Assembly (NCBI GenBank): GCA_041687695.1
Contig: JAWLBL010000004.1
Location: forward strand, 1 to 64,000
DNA: 64,000 bases
Reading direction: 5' to 3'
From: Myxococcota bacterium
GTDB lineage: Bacteria; Myxococcota_A; UBA9042; PHBI01; JAWLBL01
Each line of letters opens with the position of its first letter. Positions within the stretch are counted from its first letter, which is position 1. The notes beneath the pieces are model-generated. The model did no database searches, had not been told where the DNA came from, and saw only the letters and a list, made by a program, of their open reading frames with translations. This document shows, piece after piece, positions 36,061 through 49,300 of the stretch. The position numbers and the translations under genes were made by a program.

Positions 36061-37407
36061 ATGATGACGACAGGGGAGTCGGTCCGCGACGCGGACACGG
36101 TGACGCCGCCGCCCGAGTGGGTGTTTCGGGCCATCTCGGTCCTGCCGAGGGTCGGGCTCGGCGTGAGCGGCGCGCTCCTCGCCATGGTCTGGGCGGGCGG
36201 CGGCGAGCCCTGGCAGCTCGGGATCCTCGCCGGCGCGGTCGTCGGTACCGGCGCGGCTTCGCTGCGCGTGCTGCTGGGCGGCGTGCCCCGCCGGCCGCGC
36301 TTCGCGCTCGCCATGGCCGTCATCCTCCTCGTGCAGCTCGCGGTCGTGACCGCCGCCGGCGGGCTCGAGGGCCCGGCCATCCTCATCCTGCTGCCGACCA
36401 CCCTCTTCGCCGCCCTCATCCTCCCCCGTCGCCGCTGGGTGGCCGTGACGGCCCTCGCGGTGACCGGCGTCATCGCGCTCGCCGCGCTCGCCCTCGCCGG
36501 CGTGAGCTTCGTCCCCGCCGCCTTCGACATCCAGTCCGCCAGCGGTCGGCCGCTCTTCTGGCTCGTCTTCGCCTGGCTCACGCTGATGGTCGTCGTCGGC
36601 GGCGGCCTCGTCGGGCAGCTCGCCCAGCGCTCGGTCGCCCGGGCCTGGCGCTCGGCGGCCCTCGCCCAGGCGGCCGTCGCCGAGGGGATGCGCGAGCGCA
36701 ACGAGCACCTCGTCGGGCTCACCGGCTCCATCGGCCACGAGCTGAAGAACCCCCTCGCGGCCATCCACGGGCTCTCCAAGCTCATGGCCGCTCAGGCCGC
36801 GCCCGGCTCCCGCGAGGCCAAGCGCCTCGGCGTCGTCGTCGAGGAGTCCGAGCGCATGGGGCGCATCCTCGCCGAGCTCCTCAACATGTCACGTCCCCTC
36901 GGCGGGCTCGCCCTCGCACCGGTCGCCCTCGCGCCCCTCCTCGAGGACACGGTCGTCATCCACGAGGGCCTCGCCAGGACGCGCGCCGTGCGGCTGGCCC
37001 TCGGCGCGGACGACCCGGCGCTCCGGGTGGCCTGCGACGCGCGCAAGGTCAAGCAGATCCTCATGAACCTCGTCCAGAACGCGCTCGAGGCCTCGCCCCC
37101 CGGCGGCACGGTCACGCTGCGTCTCCTCGAGGACGCGGATGCGGCCGTCATCCGCGTCGACGACGAAGGGCCGGGCCTGCCGCTCGACCTCGGCGCCGCC
37201 GTCTTCACGCCCGGCGTCACCACCAAGGGCGCCGGCACGGGGCTCGGCCTCACCATCGCGCGCGCGCTCGCCGAGCAGCACGGCGGCACGCTGACCCTGA
37301 CCACGCGTGAGGGAGGCGGCTGCCGAGCCGAGCTGCGCCTGCCTGCGCGTCCCGTCGGCACGGAAAGTGCTGAGGCCTGCCAGGTCGAGGTCCCTCTCGC
37401 CGTCTGA
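36061..37407 (+). CDS. Membrane-bound sensor histidine kinase
   Basis: 5-6 hydrophobic helices; H-box GHELKNPL, N-box NLVQNA, DEGPGL, F..GVTTK, GTGLGL; GGAGG RBS. Confidence 0.93.
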   Translation: MMTTGESVRDADTVTPPPEWVFRAISVLPRVGLGVSGALLAMVWAGGGEPWQLGILAGAVVGTGAASLRVLLGGVPRRPRFALAMAVILLVQLAVVTAAGGLEGPAILILLPTTLFAALILPRRRWVAVTALAVTGVIALAALALAGVSFVPAAFDIQSASGRPLFWLVFAWLTLMVVVGGGLVGQLAQRSVARAWRSAALAQAAVAEGMRERNEHLVGLTGSIGHELKNPLAAIHGLSKLMAAQAAPGSREAKRLGVVVEESERMGRILAELLNMSRPLGGLALAPVALAPLLEDTVVIHEGLARTRAVRLALGADDPALRVACDARKVKQILMNLVQNALEASPPGGTVTLRLLEDADAAVIRVDDEGPGLPLDLGAAVFTPGVTTKGAGTGLGLTIARALAEQHGGTLTLTTREGGGCRAELRLPARPVGTESAEACQVEVPLAV

Positions 37408-37420
37408 ACCGGAAGTGGCG

Positions 37421-37807
37421 ATGCCCGCACCCCAACCCACGACACCCGCCAGGATCCTGGTCGTCGACGACGATCCGGCCGTTCGGTTCACGCTCTGCGA
37501 GGCCCTGGAAGACGCGGGGTTCGTCACCGAGGCCGCGAGCGACGGTCGCGAGGCGCTCGCGCGGTGTCTCCAGGGGGCCCCGCTCGATCTGGTCGTGACC
37601 GACCTCGTGATGCCCGGCGGCGGTGGGCTGGCGCTCATCGCCGCGCTCCGCGAGGCCGCGCCGGCGCTGCCGGTGGTCGCCATCACTGCCATGGTGGACG
37701 GTCGCCACACCGCGCAGGCCCTCGCCGCCGGCGCCCGGGAGTGTCTGGCCAAGCCCTTCGAGCCCGCCCATGTCGTCCGCGCAGCTCGGGCGGCCATCGG
37801 CGGCTGA
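37421..37807 (+). CDS. Single-domain (CheY-like) response regulator
   Basis: ILVVDDD, VVTDLVMP, AITA, LAKPF. Confidence 0.88.
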   Translation: MPAPQPTTPARILVVDDDPAVRFTLCEALEDAGFVTEAASDGREALARCLQGAPLDLVVTDLVMPGGGGLALIAALREAAPALPVVAITAMVDGRHTAQALAAGARECLAKPFEPAHVVRAARAAIGG

Positions 37808-37825
37808 GGAGCCCGCGCGCTCGGG

Positions 37826-37864
37826 TGTCAGCCATCCGACAGGCCGCCTGTCGGGAAGCTGACA
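37826..37864. promoter_or_regulatory. Two TGTC-N8-GACA palindromes (candidate enhancer-binding-protein UAS; could also be a terminator hairpin)
   Basis: TGTCAGCCATCCGACA (37826-37841) and TGTCGGGAAGCTGACA (37849-37864), about 50 bp upstream of a -24/-12 motif. Confidence 0.55.
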
Positions 37865-37916
37865 GCCGCGCCGCGGCGCGCGAGCCCTGACGGCACCCGC
37901 GCTCGCCCGGCGTCGA

Positions 37917-37932
37917 TGGCACGCCAGCTGCA
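37917..37932 (+). promoter_or_regulatory. sigma54 -24/-12 promoter TGGCACGCCAGCTGCA for the giant lipoprotein operon
   Basis: GG-N10-GC with a perfect TGGCACG, about 35 nt before ATG 37968. Confidence 0.7.
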
Positions 37933-37967
37933 AAGTGCCGGCGGCAGACCGATCTGGGAGGGCTGCG

Positions 37968-40900
37968 ATGGGACGCACGTTGCGTGGGGTGGTGGTGTGC
38001 GGTGCGCTGGCCTTGGGGGCGGTGGGGCTCGCGGGGTGCGGCGAGGCCGCGGGGGGCCCGTCGCCCGAGCTGCCCGACATCGAGGAGATCGCGTCCTGGG
38101 ACAAGATCCAGCCCAACGGCTGCGGGGGCGTGACGCCGCTGTGGACCGAGGGCGGCGACGTCGCGCGGCCCGGAGAGCCCTGCGGCGCCTGCGACGGCGT
38201 CCTCGTGTGCGCCGGAGAGGACGCCGTCGCCTGCGCCGGCGCCCGGCCTGCCAACGCTTGCGGCGGGTGCGACGCGCTCGCCGGCGCGCCCGGCGGGTCG
38301 TGCGGCCACTGCGGCGGCACGTGGGAGTGCGCGGACGGGGCGCTGGTCTGCAGCGATCCGCGTCCGACCAACCCCTGCGGCGGCTGCGAGGACCTCGGCG
38401 GCGACCGGCCGGGCGTCATGTGCCTGTCGGGCGAGGTGCCCGGGGTCCAGCGCTGCGTCGGCCTCGACGCGATCGCGTGCGTGCCCTTCGGCACCAACGG
38501 CTGCGGCGGCGCCGAGGCGCTCGACGCGGCGCCCGGGACCTTCTGCGGGGCGTGCAAGCTGGGCGTCTGGATCTGCGACGGCGCCGACGCCCTCGTCTGC
38601 CACGCCGCCGACAAGGGGCTCAACCCGTGCGGCGGCTGCGGCGCGCTCGAGGGAGACCCTGGCGCCGGCTGCGGGCCGTGCGGCGGCACCTGGCAGTGCG
38701 CCGCGGCCGGCGGCGCGGTCACCTGCGACGCGCCTCCGCTCAACGCGTGCGGTGGCTGCGCGTCGCTCGCCGGCGCCCCCGGCGCCCCGTGCCCGGGCGG
38801 CGTGTGGGCGTGCTCGGGCGCCGAGGCCGTCCAGTGCGTGCCGCCGGGCGGCAACGCGTGCGGAGGCGAGTCGGTGCTCGCCAGCACGCCGGGCGCCGCC
38901 TGCGGGCCTTGCTCGGACGGCGTCCGCATCTGCGCCACCACGGAGAGCACCGCCTGCGTCGGCGCAAGCAGCCTCAACGCCTGCGGTGGCTGCGGGTTCC
39001 TGCCGGGCGTCGCCGGCGAGGCCTGCGCCCCGAGCGGCGTCTGGGCCTGCAAGGGCGGCGAGCTCGAGTGCGCCTTCGACGCGACCGCCAACCCGTGCGG
39101 CGGCTCGCAGGCGCTCGCACAGGCCCCGGGCATGCCGTGCGGCCTGTGCGACGGGGGCGTCTGGACCTGCAACGGCTTCGAGTCGGTGGTCTGCGCCGGC
39201 GGGCAGCCGCAGGACTACCATGCGTGGCCCGACGCCGACGGCGACGGGTTCGGCGACGCGGGCGCCGCGCCCGAGGTCCAGTGCGAGCTCGCCGACGGCT
39301 TCGTCCGCAACGGCGACGACTGCGACGACGCGCCGGGCCCCGGCGCGGCCGTCCACCCCGACGCCGACGAGGTGTGCGACGGCGTCGACAACGACTGCGA
39401 CGGACACACCGATCCGGCCTGGTCGCAGGGCGTCCTCGTCTCCTACCGCGACAAGGACGGCGACGGCTTCGGCCTCGAGACGAGCCCGGTCTGGGCCTGC
39501 GCCGCGCCCGCCGGCTTCGTCGCCACCCCGGGCGACTGCGACGACGGCGACCCGGCGTTCTACCCGGGCGCCCCCGGCGAGGCCTGCGACGACCCCAACG
39601 ACTACGACTGCGACGGCGCGACGCTCTGGGTCGACGCCGACGGCGACGGCTCCCCGAGCTGCGGCGGGACGGTCGACTGCGACGACGCCGACCCCGCGGT
39701 CCACCCGGGCGCCGTCGAGCTCTGCAACGGCGTCGACGACGACTGCGACGGCCTGACCGACGAGGCCTCGGCCGCCGACGTCCAGGCCTTCTACCGCGAC
39801 CTCGACGGCGACGGCCACGGCGACCCGGACCACCTGACCTGGGCCTGCGCCGCCCCGCCCGGGTTCGTCGACGTCGCCGGTGACTGCGACGACGACCCCG
39901 CGACCGGCGCCGCCGCGCACCCGGGCGCGCTCGAGGTCTGCGACGGCGTCGACAACGACTGCAACGGCCAGACCGATCTCGACACCCCCATCGCCCTCAA
40001 GCCCGTCTGGTACCGCGACGCCGACGGCGACGGCTTCGGCGCCCAGCACGACTACGCCGTCACCTGCGACCGCCCCGACGGCTTCGTCGCCCGCGGCGGC
40101 TTCACCGACGACACCACCGACCGCTTCGACTGCGCGCCGCTCGACCCGGCCGTTCACCCCAACTCCCCCTCCGCCCCGCCGGGCACCCCGCTGGTCGTCG
40201 AGCTCTGCGACTTCATCGACAACGACTGCGACGGCCACACCGACATGGGCCCGTGGCTGGGCGACGCCTGGGCGCCCTGGCCCGCCGCGGCGGCCCCTCC
40301 CGCGCTCTGGATGCCCGACCGCGACGCCGACGGCTACGGCGACCCCGCTCAGCCCATCGTCGGCTGCCACCCGGCCGCCCCCGGCGCCGCCCCCTTCCAC
40401 CCCGCCCTCGGCTTCCCCTTCGTCCCGTACGGCGCCGCGCCCGCCGACCACGACTGCAACGACCTCAACCCCAAGGTCCACCCCGGCGCCAAGGAGCTCC
40501 CCGGCGACGGCATCGACCAGGACTGCGACGGCCGCGAGGCCTGCTACGTCGACGCGGACGGCGACGGCGCGGTCGGCGACTTCTCGCTCACCGTCCTCAT
40601 CGATGGCCTCGACTGCGCCCCCGCTGGCCTCATGACGGGCGTCGCCGCCGCGGGCGCCCCCTGGGACTGCGACGACGGCGACCCCACCGTGCACCCGGGC
40701 GCCTTCGAGGTCTGGGGCGACGAGAAGGAGTCCGACTGCGACGGGGTCGAGGTCTGCTTCGCCGACGCCGACCAGGACGGCTTCCGCAGCGCCGACACCT
40801 CGCGCTTCGTCCTCTCGGCCAACGCCAGCTGCGGCGACCGCCACCTCGGCGAGGCCGCCGCCGCGCAGGCCCCCATCGACTGCAACGACGCCGACCCCAG

Positions 40901-43304
40901 CGTCCACCCGGCTGCCACCGACCCCCTCCACGGCGACGCCGACCGCGACTGCGACGGCGCCCCCGGCAGCGCCTGGCGCACCGTCTCCGTCGCCCCCGAC
41001 GGCAGCGCCCTGGACGCCGTGGCCGCCGCCGCCGCCTGCCCCGCCGTGGTCCCCGGCTTCATCGCCTCCTGCCAGGCCGGCTGCTATCCGACCGACGCCG
41101 CCTGCCACGCCGCCTGCGACGCGCGCGGCGCCCAGGGCCACCCCTGCGACGTGCGCCTCGCCGCCGCCGACTACCCGGTCGACGCCCCGCTCGTCGTCCC
41201 CCCGGGCGCCAGCGTCCGCGGCGCCGGCCGCTTTGCCACGTTCATCAGCGCCACGCCCCTCGCGACCACCGCCGTCGCCGTCCCCGCCATCCCCGCGCCC
41301 ATGTGGCTCTCCGATCTCACCATCCGCGGCCCCACCCTCGGGACCGCCGCGCGCTTCGTCGAGCGCGCTCCCGACAGCGTCGCCCTGGAGGTCGGCGGCG
41401 GCCCCGGCGGCGCCGACGGCTCGCATGCGTTGACCCTGCAGGACGTGGCCATCGTCGGCGGCCGCGGCGCCAGCGCCCCCCCGGCCGCGCGCCCGCTCAC
41501 CGACGGCCAATGCTCGTGCCTCGGCCTCACGTTCGGGCAGGCGGGCGGCCGGGCGAACTACGACCTCCTCGAGCCGCCCTACGCCCCAGCACGCGGCCAC
41601 GACGGCTGGGGCACCGGGCGGGGCGGCGGCCTCGGCGGCGGCGACAGCTACGGCGTGTGGGTGCGCGGCGGGCGGCTCAGCCTCGGCGCGAACACGACCA
41701 TCGCCGTCGGGCAGGGTGGGGCCGGTGCGCCCGGCGCCGTGGCCGTCTGCGCCGACGGGGCGACCACCTGCCTCGAGCCGGCGTGCTGCCCCTCGAACCC
41801 GTCGGGCAGCGGGCTCCCCTGGACCGGCGCCGGTGGCGCGGGCGGCAGCGCGGTGGGCGTCGCCCTGGCGCGCGGGCTCTCGCCCCCCGTCGGCTATCGC
41901 CCGAGCGTCGTCGACCTCGGCGCGGCCGCCGGGGGCGCCCCGGGCCAGGGCGCGTGCCTGGGCGCGACCTGCTCGCCGGCCGGCGAGCCGGGGCTCGTCT
42001 TCGACGCCTTCCGGTCGACGGTGCTCGCTCGAAACCACTGCGGTGTGCGGTTCGGCGATCCCGACGGGTGGCTCGACGGAGAGCACTCCATCTGCACGCG
42101 CTCGCTCGGCGCCGACCCCCACGGACCGGGTGACCTCGCGTTCACCGACGCGCGGGCGGTCTGTCACAGCGTCGGCGCCCAGCTCGGCTCGACGATCTGG
42201 CCCGAGACGCCCTCCTACGCGCGCTACGGCCTGCACCAGCCCTTCTGGATCGACTGGTACCTCGACTCGCTCTTCGGGGTCCCCGAGACCCTCGGCGCGC
42301 CCATCGTCACCCACTGGTCGACGTCGGTCAGCCCCAACCCGCGCCCGGCCGAGGACGAGGACTGCGTCGCGATGCAGCACCGGCCGTGGACCGAGCCGCC
42401 ATCCCAGATCTGGTTCGACCATCGCTGCAGCGCTTCCCGCTCCTTCGTCTGCGAGCGCCCCCACACGCCGTGCTCGTCGTGCGCGTCGGACGAGACCTGC
42501 GCGACGCTCGTCACGGGCGAGCTCGTCGCGCCCGCCCCCTGCGTCGGACAGACCTGCGGGTGTGTCGGGCCGGTCCCCGCCTTGATGGACCCGGCGAGCC
42601 TCCGCTACGGCCACCTCGGGTTCGGGGACGGCCGTGTCTACGGCTACTTCCCGACGGGCCGCAGCTGGGAGCTGGCCCGCGCGACCTGCGACGCCTGGGG
42701 GGGGCACCTGGTCTCGCTCCCCACCGCCGAGGTGGTGCAGGCCTTCGGCGACATGCTGGCCGAGGCCTGGCCCTCCGGATCGACGCTCGAGATGTGGACG
42801 GGGCTCAACGACCGCGGGTCCGAGGGCTATCGGGTGTGGGACGGGGTCGGGCCGCATCAGGCGTCCTCGGGCGAGCCGTGGATCGACGGCGAGCCGGACA
42901 ACTTCGTCGAGCCCATCTGCGGGCGCATGATGGAGCCCCCCGAGCCCGGACCCTACGCGCACATCGGGCGCAGCGTGGCTGACCTCGCGTGCCAGAAGGG
43001 CGTCGCGAAGACGGTGTGCCGCGAACCCTACGTCTGGTGTCCGCCCTCGCGCCGCGGCGCCGCGTGTGAGCTCTGTGCCGAGGGCTTCGCGGCGGACGCG
43101 ACCGGGGCGTGCCGAGCGGTCTGCGGGCCTGGCGCGTGCGCCTACGGCACGTGCAGCGACTGCCTCGCGCGGGGCGACTGCGCGACGGCGCCGGACATCG
43201 CGTGCGCGTGTCCGGCCGGGCGGACCGGGGCGCAGTGCGAGCGGTGCGAGCCGGGACTCGAGGACGACGACCACGACGGCGTCTGCGCCGCGGCCGGACC
43301 GTAG
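37968..43304 (+). CDS. Giant surface lipoprotein: NxCGG Cys repeats, MopE-like metal-binding repeats, Gly-rich region, C-type lectin-like domain(s), EGF-like end
   Basis: Lipobox LAGC; about 8 N.CGG repeats; repeated [39 protein letters not shown]...WTGLND...W.DGEPDN (C-type lectin-like); [10 protein letters not shown]. Confidence 0.85.
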   Translation: MGRTLRGVVVCGALALGAVGLAGCGEAAGGPSPELPDIEEIASWDKIQPNGCGGVTPLWTEGGDVARPGEPCGACDGVLVCAGEDAVACAGARPANACGGCDALAGAPGGSCGHCGGTWECADGALVCSDPRPTNPCGGCEDLGGDRPGVMCLSGEVPGVQRCVGLDAIACVPFGTNGCGGAEALDAAPGTFCGACKLGVWICDGADALVCHAADKGLNPCGGCGALEGDPGAGCGPCGGTWQCAAAGGAVTCDAPPLNACGGCASLAGAPGAPCPGGVWACSGAEAVQCVPPGGNACGGESVLASTPGAACGPCSDGVRICATTESTACVGASSLNACGGCGFLPGVAGEACAPSGVWACKGGELECAFDATANPCGGSQALAQAPGMPCGLCDGGVWTCNGFESVVCAGGQPQDYHAWPDADGDGFGDAGAAPEVQCELADGFVRNGDDCDDAPGPGAAVHPDADEVCDGVDNDCDGHTDPAWSQGVLVSYRDKDGDGFGLETSPVWACAAPAGFVATPGDCDDGDPAFYPGAPGEACDDPNDYDCDGATLWVDADGDGSPSCGGTVDCDDADPAVHPGAVELCNGVDDDCDGLTDEASAADVQAFYRDLDGDGHGDPDHLTWACAAPPGFVDVAGDCDDDPATGAAAHPGALEVCDGVDNDCNGQTDLDTPIALKPVWYRDADGDGFGAQHDYAVTCDRPDGFVARGGFTDDTTDRFDCAPLDPAVHPNSPSAPPGTPLVVELCDFIDNDCDGHTDMGPWLGDAWAPWPAAAAPPALWMPDRDADGYGDPAQPIVGCHPAAPGAAPFHPALGFPFVPYGAAPADHDCNDLNPKVHPGAKELPGDGIDQDCDGREACYVDADGDGAVGDFSLTVLIDGLDCAPAGLMTGVAAAGAPWDCDDGDPTVHPGAFEVWGDEKESDCDGVEVCFADADQDGFRSADTSRFVLSANASCGDRHLGEAAAAQAPIDCNDADPSVHPAATDPLHGDADRDCDGAPGSAWRTVSVAPDGSALDAVAAAAACPAVVPGFIASCQAGCYPTDAACHAACDARGAQGHPCDVRLAAADYPVDAPLVVPPGASVRGAGRFATFISATPLATTAVAVPAIPAPMWLSDLTIRGPTLGTAARFVERAPDSVALEVGGGPGGADGSHALTLQDVAIVGGRGASAPPAARPLTDGQCSCLGLTFGQAGGRANYDLLEPPYAPARGHDGWGTGRGGGLGGGDSYGVWVRGGRLSLGANTTIAVGQGGAGAPGAVAVCADGATTCLEPACCPSNPSGSGLPWTGAGGAGGSAVGVALARGLSPPVGYRPSVVDLGAAAGGAPGQGACLGATCSPAGEPGLVFDAFRSTVLARNHCGVRFGDPDGWLDGEHSICTRSLGADPHGPGDLAFTDARAVCHSVGAQLGSTIWPETPSYARYGLHQPFWIDWYLDSLFGVPETLGAPIVTHWSTSVSPNPRPAEDEDCVAMQHRPWTEPPSQIWFDHRCSASRSFVCERPHTPCSSCASDETCATLVTGELVAPAPCVGQTCGCVGPVPALMDPASLRYGHLGFGDGRVYGYFPTGRSWELARATCDAWGGHLVSLPTAEVVQAFGDMLAEAWPSGSTLEMWTGLNDRGSEGYRVWDGVGPHQASSGEPWIDGEPDNFVEPICGRMMEPPEPGPYAHIGRSVADLACQKGVAKTVCREPYVWCPPSRRGAACELCAEGFAADATGACRAVCGPGACAYGTCSDCLARGDCATAPDIACACPAGRTGAQCERCEPGLEDDDHDGVCAAAGP

Positions 43305-43317
43305 GGAGGGGGGAGCG

Positions 43318-46300
43318 ATGACGACGAAGGACGGAGCGCGCCTGGGTCGGGCCCTGGCGCTGGTCATCACGGCGGCGGCCTGGCCGGGGCTCGGGTGCGG
43401 CGACGACACGCCCGAGGACAGCCCCGCGGCGGTCGACAGCGACGGCGACGGCGTGAGCGACGCCGACGAGCTGGGCCTCGGGACGGACCCCTACAAGATG
43501 GACACGGACGGCGATGGCCGGGGCGACGGTGAAGAGCGCGCCACCGGGACCGACCCGCTGGACCCGGACACCGACGGCGACGGGCTCTACGACGGCTACG
43601 AGGTCGCCATCGGGACCGACCCGCTGAAGGCCGACACGGACGGCGACGGGCACCCCGACGGCCTCGAGGTCGCGCAGGGGACCGACCCGAAGGACCCGAG
43701 CGACCCGCCGCCTGCGGTCGCCGAGGAGCCGGTGGACGCGCTCGACAGCGACGAGGACGGGCTGCCCGACGCGCTGGAGCTGCTCATCGGGACCGACCCG
43801 TACGCCTGGGACAGCGACGGCGACGGGCTGGGCGACGGCGACGAGGTGCTGATCCACGGGTCGGACCCGCTGAGCGAGGACGGCGACGGCGACGGCCTGA
43901 CCGACCCGGAGGAGGTGCTGCCGCGGACGGTGGGCGACGAGGAGCTGCCACCTCTCGGGACCGATCCGATGAACGCGGACACCGACGGCGACGGGCTGTC
44001 GGACTTCGACGAGCTGACGCGCTTCGGGTCCGACCCGCTGAGCCCGGACAGCGACGGCGACGGGCTCGGCGACGCGCTCGAGGCCGCGCGCGGGACCAAC
44101 CCCCTCGCGGCCGACACCGACGGGGGCGGACTGACCGACTGGCAGGAGATCTACGAGACCTTCACCGACCCGCTCAGCGCCGACACCGACGGCGACGGGC
44201 TGGCCGACCACTTCGAGGCCAAGGTCCTCGGGACGGACCCGCGCCTCGCGGACACCGACGGCGACGGCCTGACCGACGCCGCAGAGCTGAGCTTGGGGAC
44301 CGACCCCATGAACGTCGACACCGACGGCGACGGGCTGTCCGACGGCCACGAGGTGGCCATCGGGACGTCGCCGCTCCAGGCCGGCACCGACGGCGACGGG
44401 CTCTCGGACGGCGACGAGGTCGCCCTCGGCACCGACCCGCGAGACCCGGACACGGACGGCGACGGGCTGCTCGACGGCGACGAGGTCCACGGCGCGTTCC
44501 CGTCGGACCCGCTGAACCCGGACACCGACGGCGACGGCCTGGGCGACGCGATCGAGGTCAGGGTCCACGGGACGAGCCCGTCGCTGGCGGACACGGACCT
44601 CGACGGCCTGGACGATGCGGTGGAGCTGGCGCTCGGGACCGACCCGCTGGTGCACGACTCGGACGCGGACCCGGACGGCGACGGGCTGACGACTGCCGAC
44701 GAGCTGGGGCTCGGGACGAACCCGCTGGTCGCCGACACCGACCGGGACGGGCTCTCGGACGGCGACGAGGTCGCCCTCGGGACGGGCCCGCTGAACCCGG
44801 ACACGGACGGGGACGGGCTGATGGACGGGCTCGAGGTGCGCGTGGGGTCGGACCCGCTCGGCCCGGACACCGACGGGGACGGGCTGCTGGACGGCGAGGA
44901 GCCGCGCGGGCTCGAGGACGTCGACGGCGACGGGCTCATCGGCCTCCTCGACCTCGACGCCGACGGCGACGGCGTCCCGGACGCCGAGGAGGCCGACCCC
45001 TTCGGGGACCTCGACGGCGACGGGCTGGCGAACGTGGTCGACGCGGACGCCGACGGGGACGGGATCCCCGACGGGGCGGAGCTGGCGCTGGGGCTCGACC
45101 CGCGGGACCCGGCGGATGGCGCGGCGGATCCCGACGGGGACGGGCTGACCAACCAGCAGGAGTACGTGCGCGGGACCGACCCGTGGAGCGCGGACTCCGA
45201 CGACGACGGCCTCTCGGACGGGATCGAGGTGGCGCTGGGGTTGAACCCGCTCGACCCCAAGGACGCCGCGAAGGACATGGACAACGACGGGCTGAGCAAC
45301 CTCTCCGAGGTGACGGTGCTGGGGACCGACCCGCGGAGGTGGGACACCGACGACGACGGCCTGTCCGACGGCGAGGAGTACGCGATCGTCGGGCTCGACG
45401 GCGCGCTGGCGGACCAGGACGGCGACGGCGTCCCGAACATCCTGGACCCGGACTCGGACGGGGACGGGCTGCTCGACGGCCAGGAGATCCGCCCGGGCGA
45501 GGACACCGACGGGGACGGGCTGATCAACCTGCTGGACTCGGACAGCGATGACGACGGCATCGGCGACGGCGAGGAGGTGGCGATGGGCACCGACCCCGTG
45601 CGCCTCGACGTGGCGGGCAAGGAGCTGTGTCAGGGCACGGCGGGCTGCCTGCCGGCGAGCGGGGATCTCGACGGCGACGGCCTGGACAACCTGGCCGAGC
45701 TGACGGGGTCGGCCTGCGGCGAGCAGAGGCACGTCACGAGCCCGTTCCTCGCGGACACCGATGGCGACGGCGTGCCGGACGGGGTCGAGTGCGCCCTCGG
45801 CATGAACCCGACGCGCAAGGACAGCGATCAGGACGGGATCCCGGACGGCGAGGAGCTGATCTTCGACGGGGAGACGTGGGTGGCGGTGACCGATCCGATC
45901 CACCCCGACACCGACCGCGACGGCGTCCCGGACGGGGTGGATCCGGACCCGACCTCGCGCGACGTCGACGGGGACGGCGTGTCCGATGGCGAGGAGCTGG
46001 TCGACGGCTGGAACGCGGTCATCCTGGAGGCGGCGGAGCTGGGCTGGGGCGCCGAGGGCGGCGAAGTGACCATCGCGCTGCCGTGGGGGAAGACGGCCGC
46101 GGACTTCGACTGGGTGACGGTCTCGGTCGAGGTGACGGCGGGCGCCGGGGCGGCGGCCATCGATCGCACGATCAATGGCGAGGGGCTCCCACAGGCGAGG
46201 CTCCGCGGGCAGGCCGGGCTGACCGGCGCCCGGTGGGTGACCAGCCCTCCGCGCCGCCCCAAGGGGGACTCGGTGACGTTCTCGGTGTCGCTCGTCGAGG

Positions 46301-49300
46301 CGAGCGCGACCGCCACGTTCGGGCGCGTCGTGCTCTCGGGATTCCCCGACGCGTGCGATCCCGAGGGCGTCACCTGCGGGCCGCCGCTGACGGGGCTCGG
46401 GACGTTCGCCACCGAGGCCGACAGCGACGGAGACGGGCTGTCCGACGGCGAGGAGCGGGCGCATGGCGCGGTGTGGCTCGAGGCCGAGCACATGCTGGCC
46501 GTGGCGCCCAGCCCCATGGGCGGCGAGGCGGGGGCCATCGGCGGCGTCTACATGGAGGTCTCGCCGGGCCGCTCGCTGTCGACCGGCAAGCACCCGTGGG
46601 GATCGCCGGCCTTCGCGATGCAGGAGCAGGTCTGGTCGGTCTTCGTGCGGAAGAAGTACGGGCCCTGCGGCGACTGGATCGTCGTCGACACCGACCCGGT
46701 GGCGTGCGAATCGCACGAGAAGTGCCCTCAGGGCGACTGCGTGGACGGGGCCTGCGAGGGCAACTCGGGCTACCAGCTCGGGCTGTCGACCGACTGGGAG
46801 TGGACCTACGGCGGCACCTACGTAGTCCCGGCGGGGAGCCGGTTCGACGTCGCCTTCAAGCCGCTGGGTTGCGGCGCCGGGGGCGGGGTGCGGGTCGACA
46901 AGCTCGTGTTCGTCCCCATCCGGTTCGCGCCGTCGTCCTACGCCTACACCTATGACGGCATCCCGAACGTCTCGGACTACCTGCACGCGGCGGGCTCCGA
47001 GGAGGACGTCCTCTACATGGTCGAGGCCCTGCCCTGGGGGCTCTCCGATCCCATGGAGGCCGACACCGACGGCGACGGCTACCGTGAGGCCGACGGCAAG
47101 GCGCCCGGCTCGACGGGGTGGCTGACCGACGGGTTCGAGCGCAAGAAGGTCCGCACCAACCCGTTCGACGTGGACTCGGACGGAGACGCCCGCCTGAAGA
47201 AGGGCAGCACCCAGGTCTACCACGACGGCAAGTGGCGCACGCCCTGGTACACGGACGTCGAGATAGACCAGGCGCTGGCCGACGCGAAGGACGCGAGCCC
47301 GCGCCCCATCGACTTCGACCGGGACGGGCTCATCGACGACCTCGAGATCGTCGCGCAGCTCATCCACCACTGCCAGGACCCGCTGAGCGATTGCAGCATG
47401 GTGGATCTGGGTGAGCCCGACGAGACCGTGCTGATGGGGCTCACCGGCTGCGTCATCGTCGCGCAGTCGCCGGAGGACGCCCTGTGCTGGTTCGCCGACG
47501 ACGACCGCGACGACGACGGCCTCGTGGACGGGCAGGAGGACAAGAACAGGAACGGCGTGGTCGACGAGGGCGAGACCGATCCCGGCAGCGCCGACACCGA
47601 CGGCGACTGCATCCCCGACGGGGTCGAGTTTGGCCTCGTCTGTCCCGAAGGGCGGCACACGCTCGTCCGCAAGGCGCCGGCGGCGGACAGCGGCGGGATC
47701 GTGACCCTGCCCGGCTGCGAGGGACAGTGGTTCGGGCTCGCGGACGCCGGGTTCGTCCCGGACGTCGACCCGTCGACGACGACGGACCCGACCCTCGTCG
47801 ACAGCGACGGCGACGGGCTCGCGGACGGCGGACCGGTCGGCGAGGACACGAGCTGTGACGGCCTGTGGGACGGCGTCGAGACCGACGCTACGCGCGCCGA
47901 CACCGATGGCGACCTCCTGTGGGACGGCGACGAGTCGGCGAGGGGGACGGACCCCCTCGACCCCGACACGGACGAGGACGGGCTGCTCGACGGCGTCGAG
48001 GTCCACCACTACCGGTGCGACCCGACCCTCGTCGACACCGACGGCGACGGCCTCTCGGACTACGAGGAGGTCTATGGCGTCACCGGGCCGATCACCCGGC
48101 CGGACCTCTTCGACACCGACGACGACGGGATGGGAGACGGCGACGAGGTGTTCGGGACGGGGCCGCTGGCGCTGTGCGAGTGGCGCGAAGTGTGCGGCGT
48201 GAGCGGCGCGTGCCAGAGCGCGGCCGTGTGCTCGTTCCAGCCGACCAACCCGACCCACCCGGACAGCGACGGCGACGGGATCGAGGACGGCCAGGAGGTC
48301 CTGGTGCTCGCAGGCGAGCCGCCGCTCGTCCCGCTCCAGCGGACCAACCCCATGCGCCGCGACACCGACGGCGACGGACTCAGCGACGACGAGGAGCGGC
48401 ACGGCACGGGCCCGCTGGCGAAGTGGGGCCCGACCGACCCCACCGACCCCGACACGGACGGCGACGGCTTCCCCGACGAGCTCGAGGTGGCGAGCGGATC
48501 GAACCCGCGTGATGCGGCTTCGGTGCCCACCGAGCTGGTCATCACCCAGGGCGGCGTGCGCGTGAGCCCGCCGGTCCCCGACGCCAGCGCGGGAGCGTCG
48601 CCGTCGCCGTGGACGCGCGTCTCGTGCGTCGCCACGCCGTCCCACCCTGACTGCGCCTCGCAGCCGCTGGGGGTCGACGTCATCACGACCACCGTCACCG
48701 AGGGGCAGCGCGTCCTGCTCGGCTGCCAGGGGCAGCCCGACACCGCGGAGCTTCGCCCGAGCGGCGACGCCGCCATGGTCCGCATCGTCCGGCAGGGGGC
48801 CGCGCTGACCATCACCGCCCACGGCGCCCTGTGGCTCCACGGCCCCGACCCCGAGTCCAGCGAGGACGATCTCTGGCTGTGGACCGGGGCGTCGACCATC
48901 GACGCGGACCGCAGCGCGCGCCCTGGCCCAGACGTCGTGGTCGCGCCGGCCATCGCGCTGTCCTCGGGGGACGTCACCCTGTCGTTCAGCCCGCCGGCGT
49001 GCTGGAACGACGGCGACTGCCCGGGGACGCCGTGCGTCAAGGCGCAGCCTGGGGTCGAGGGCGCTTGCGAAGGCACCGCTGCGCCCGACGCGCTGCGCCT
49101 GTGCGACGGCGCGGTCCTCGACCGCTCGGCGACCGTCACGGTCAGCGGGGCGGACGGCGCAGCGGACGTCGCCCTCCGCCCGGCGGACCTCGTCTGGTCC
49201 CATCGCAACGCCGACCTCGCCCTCGGCGACGCCATGGTCGTCCAGGACTTCGCGCCCGAGGAGCTGGTCCCCCCGGGCAAGCCCGACGTCTGCTGGAAGC

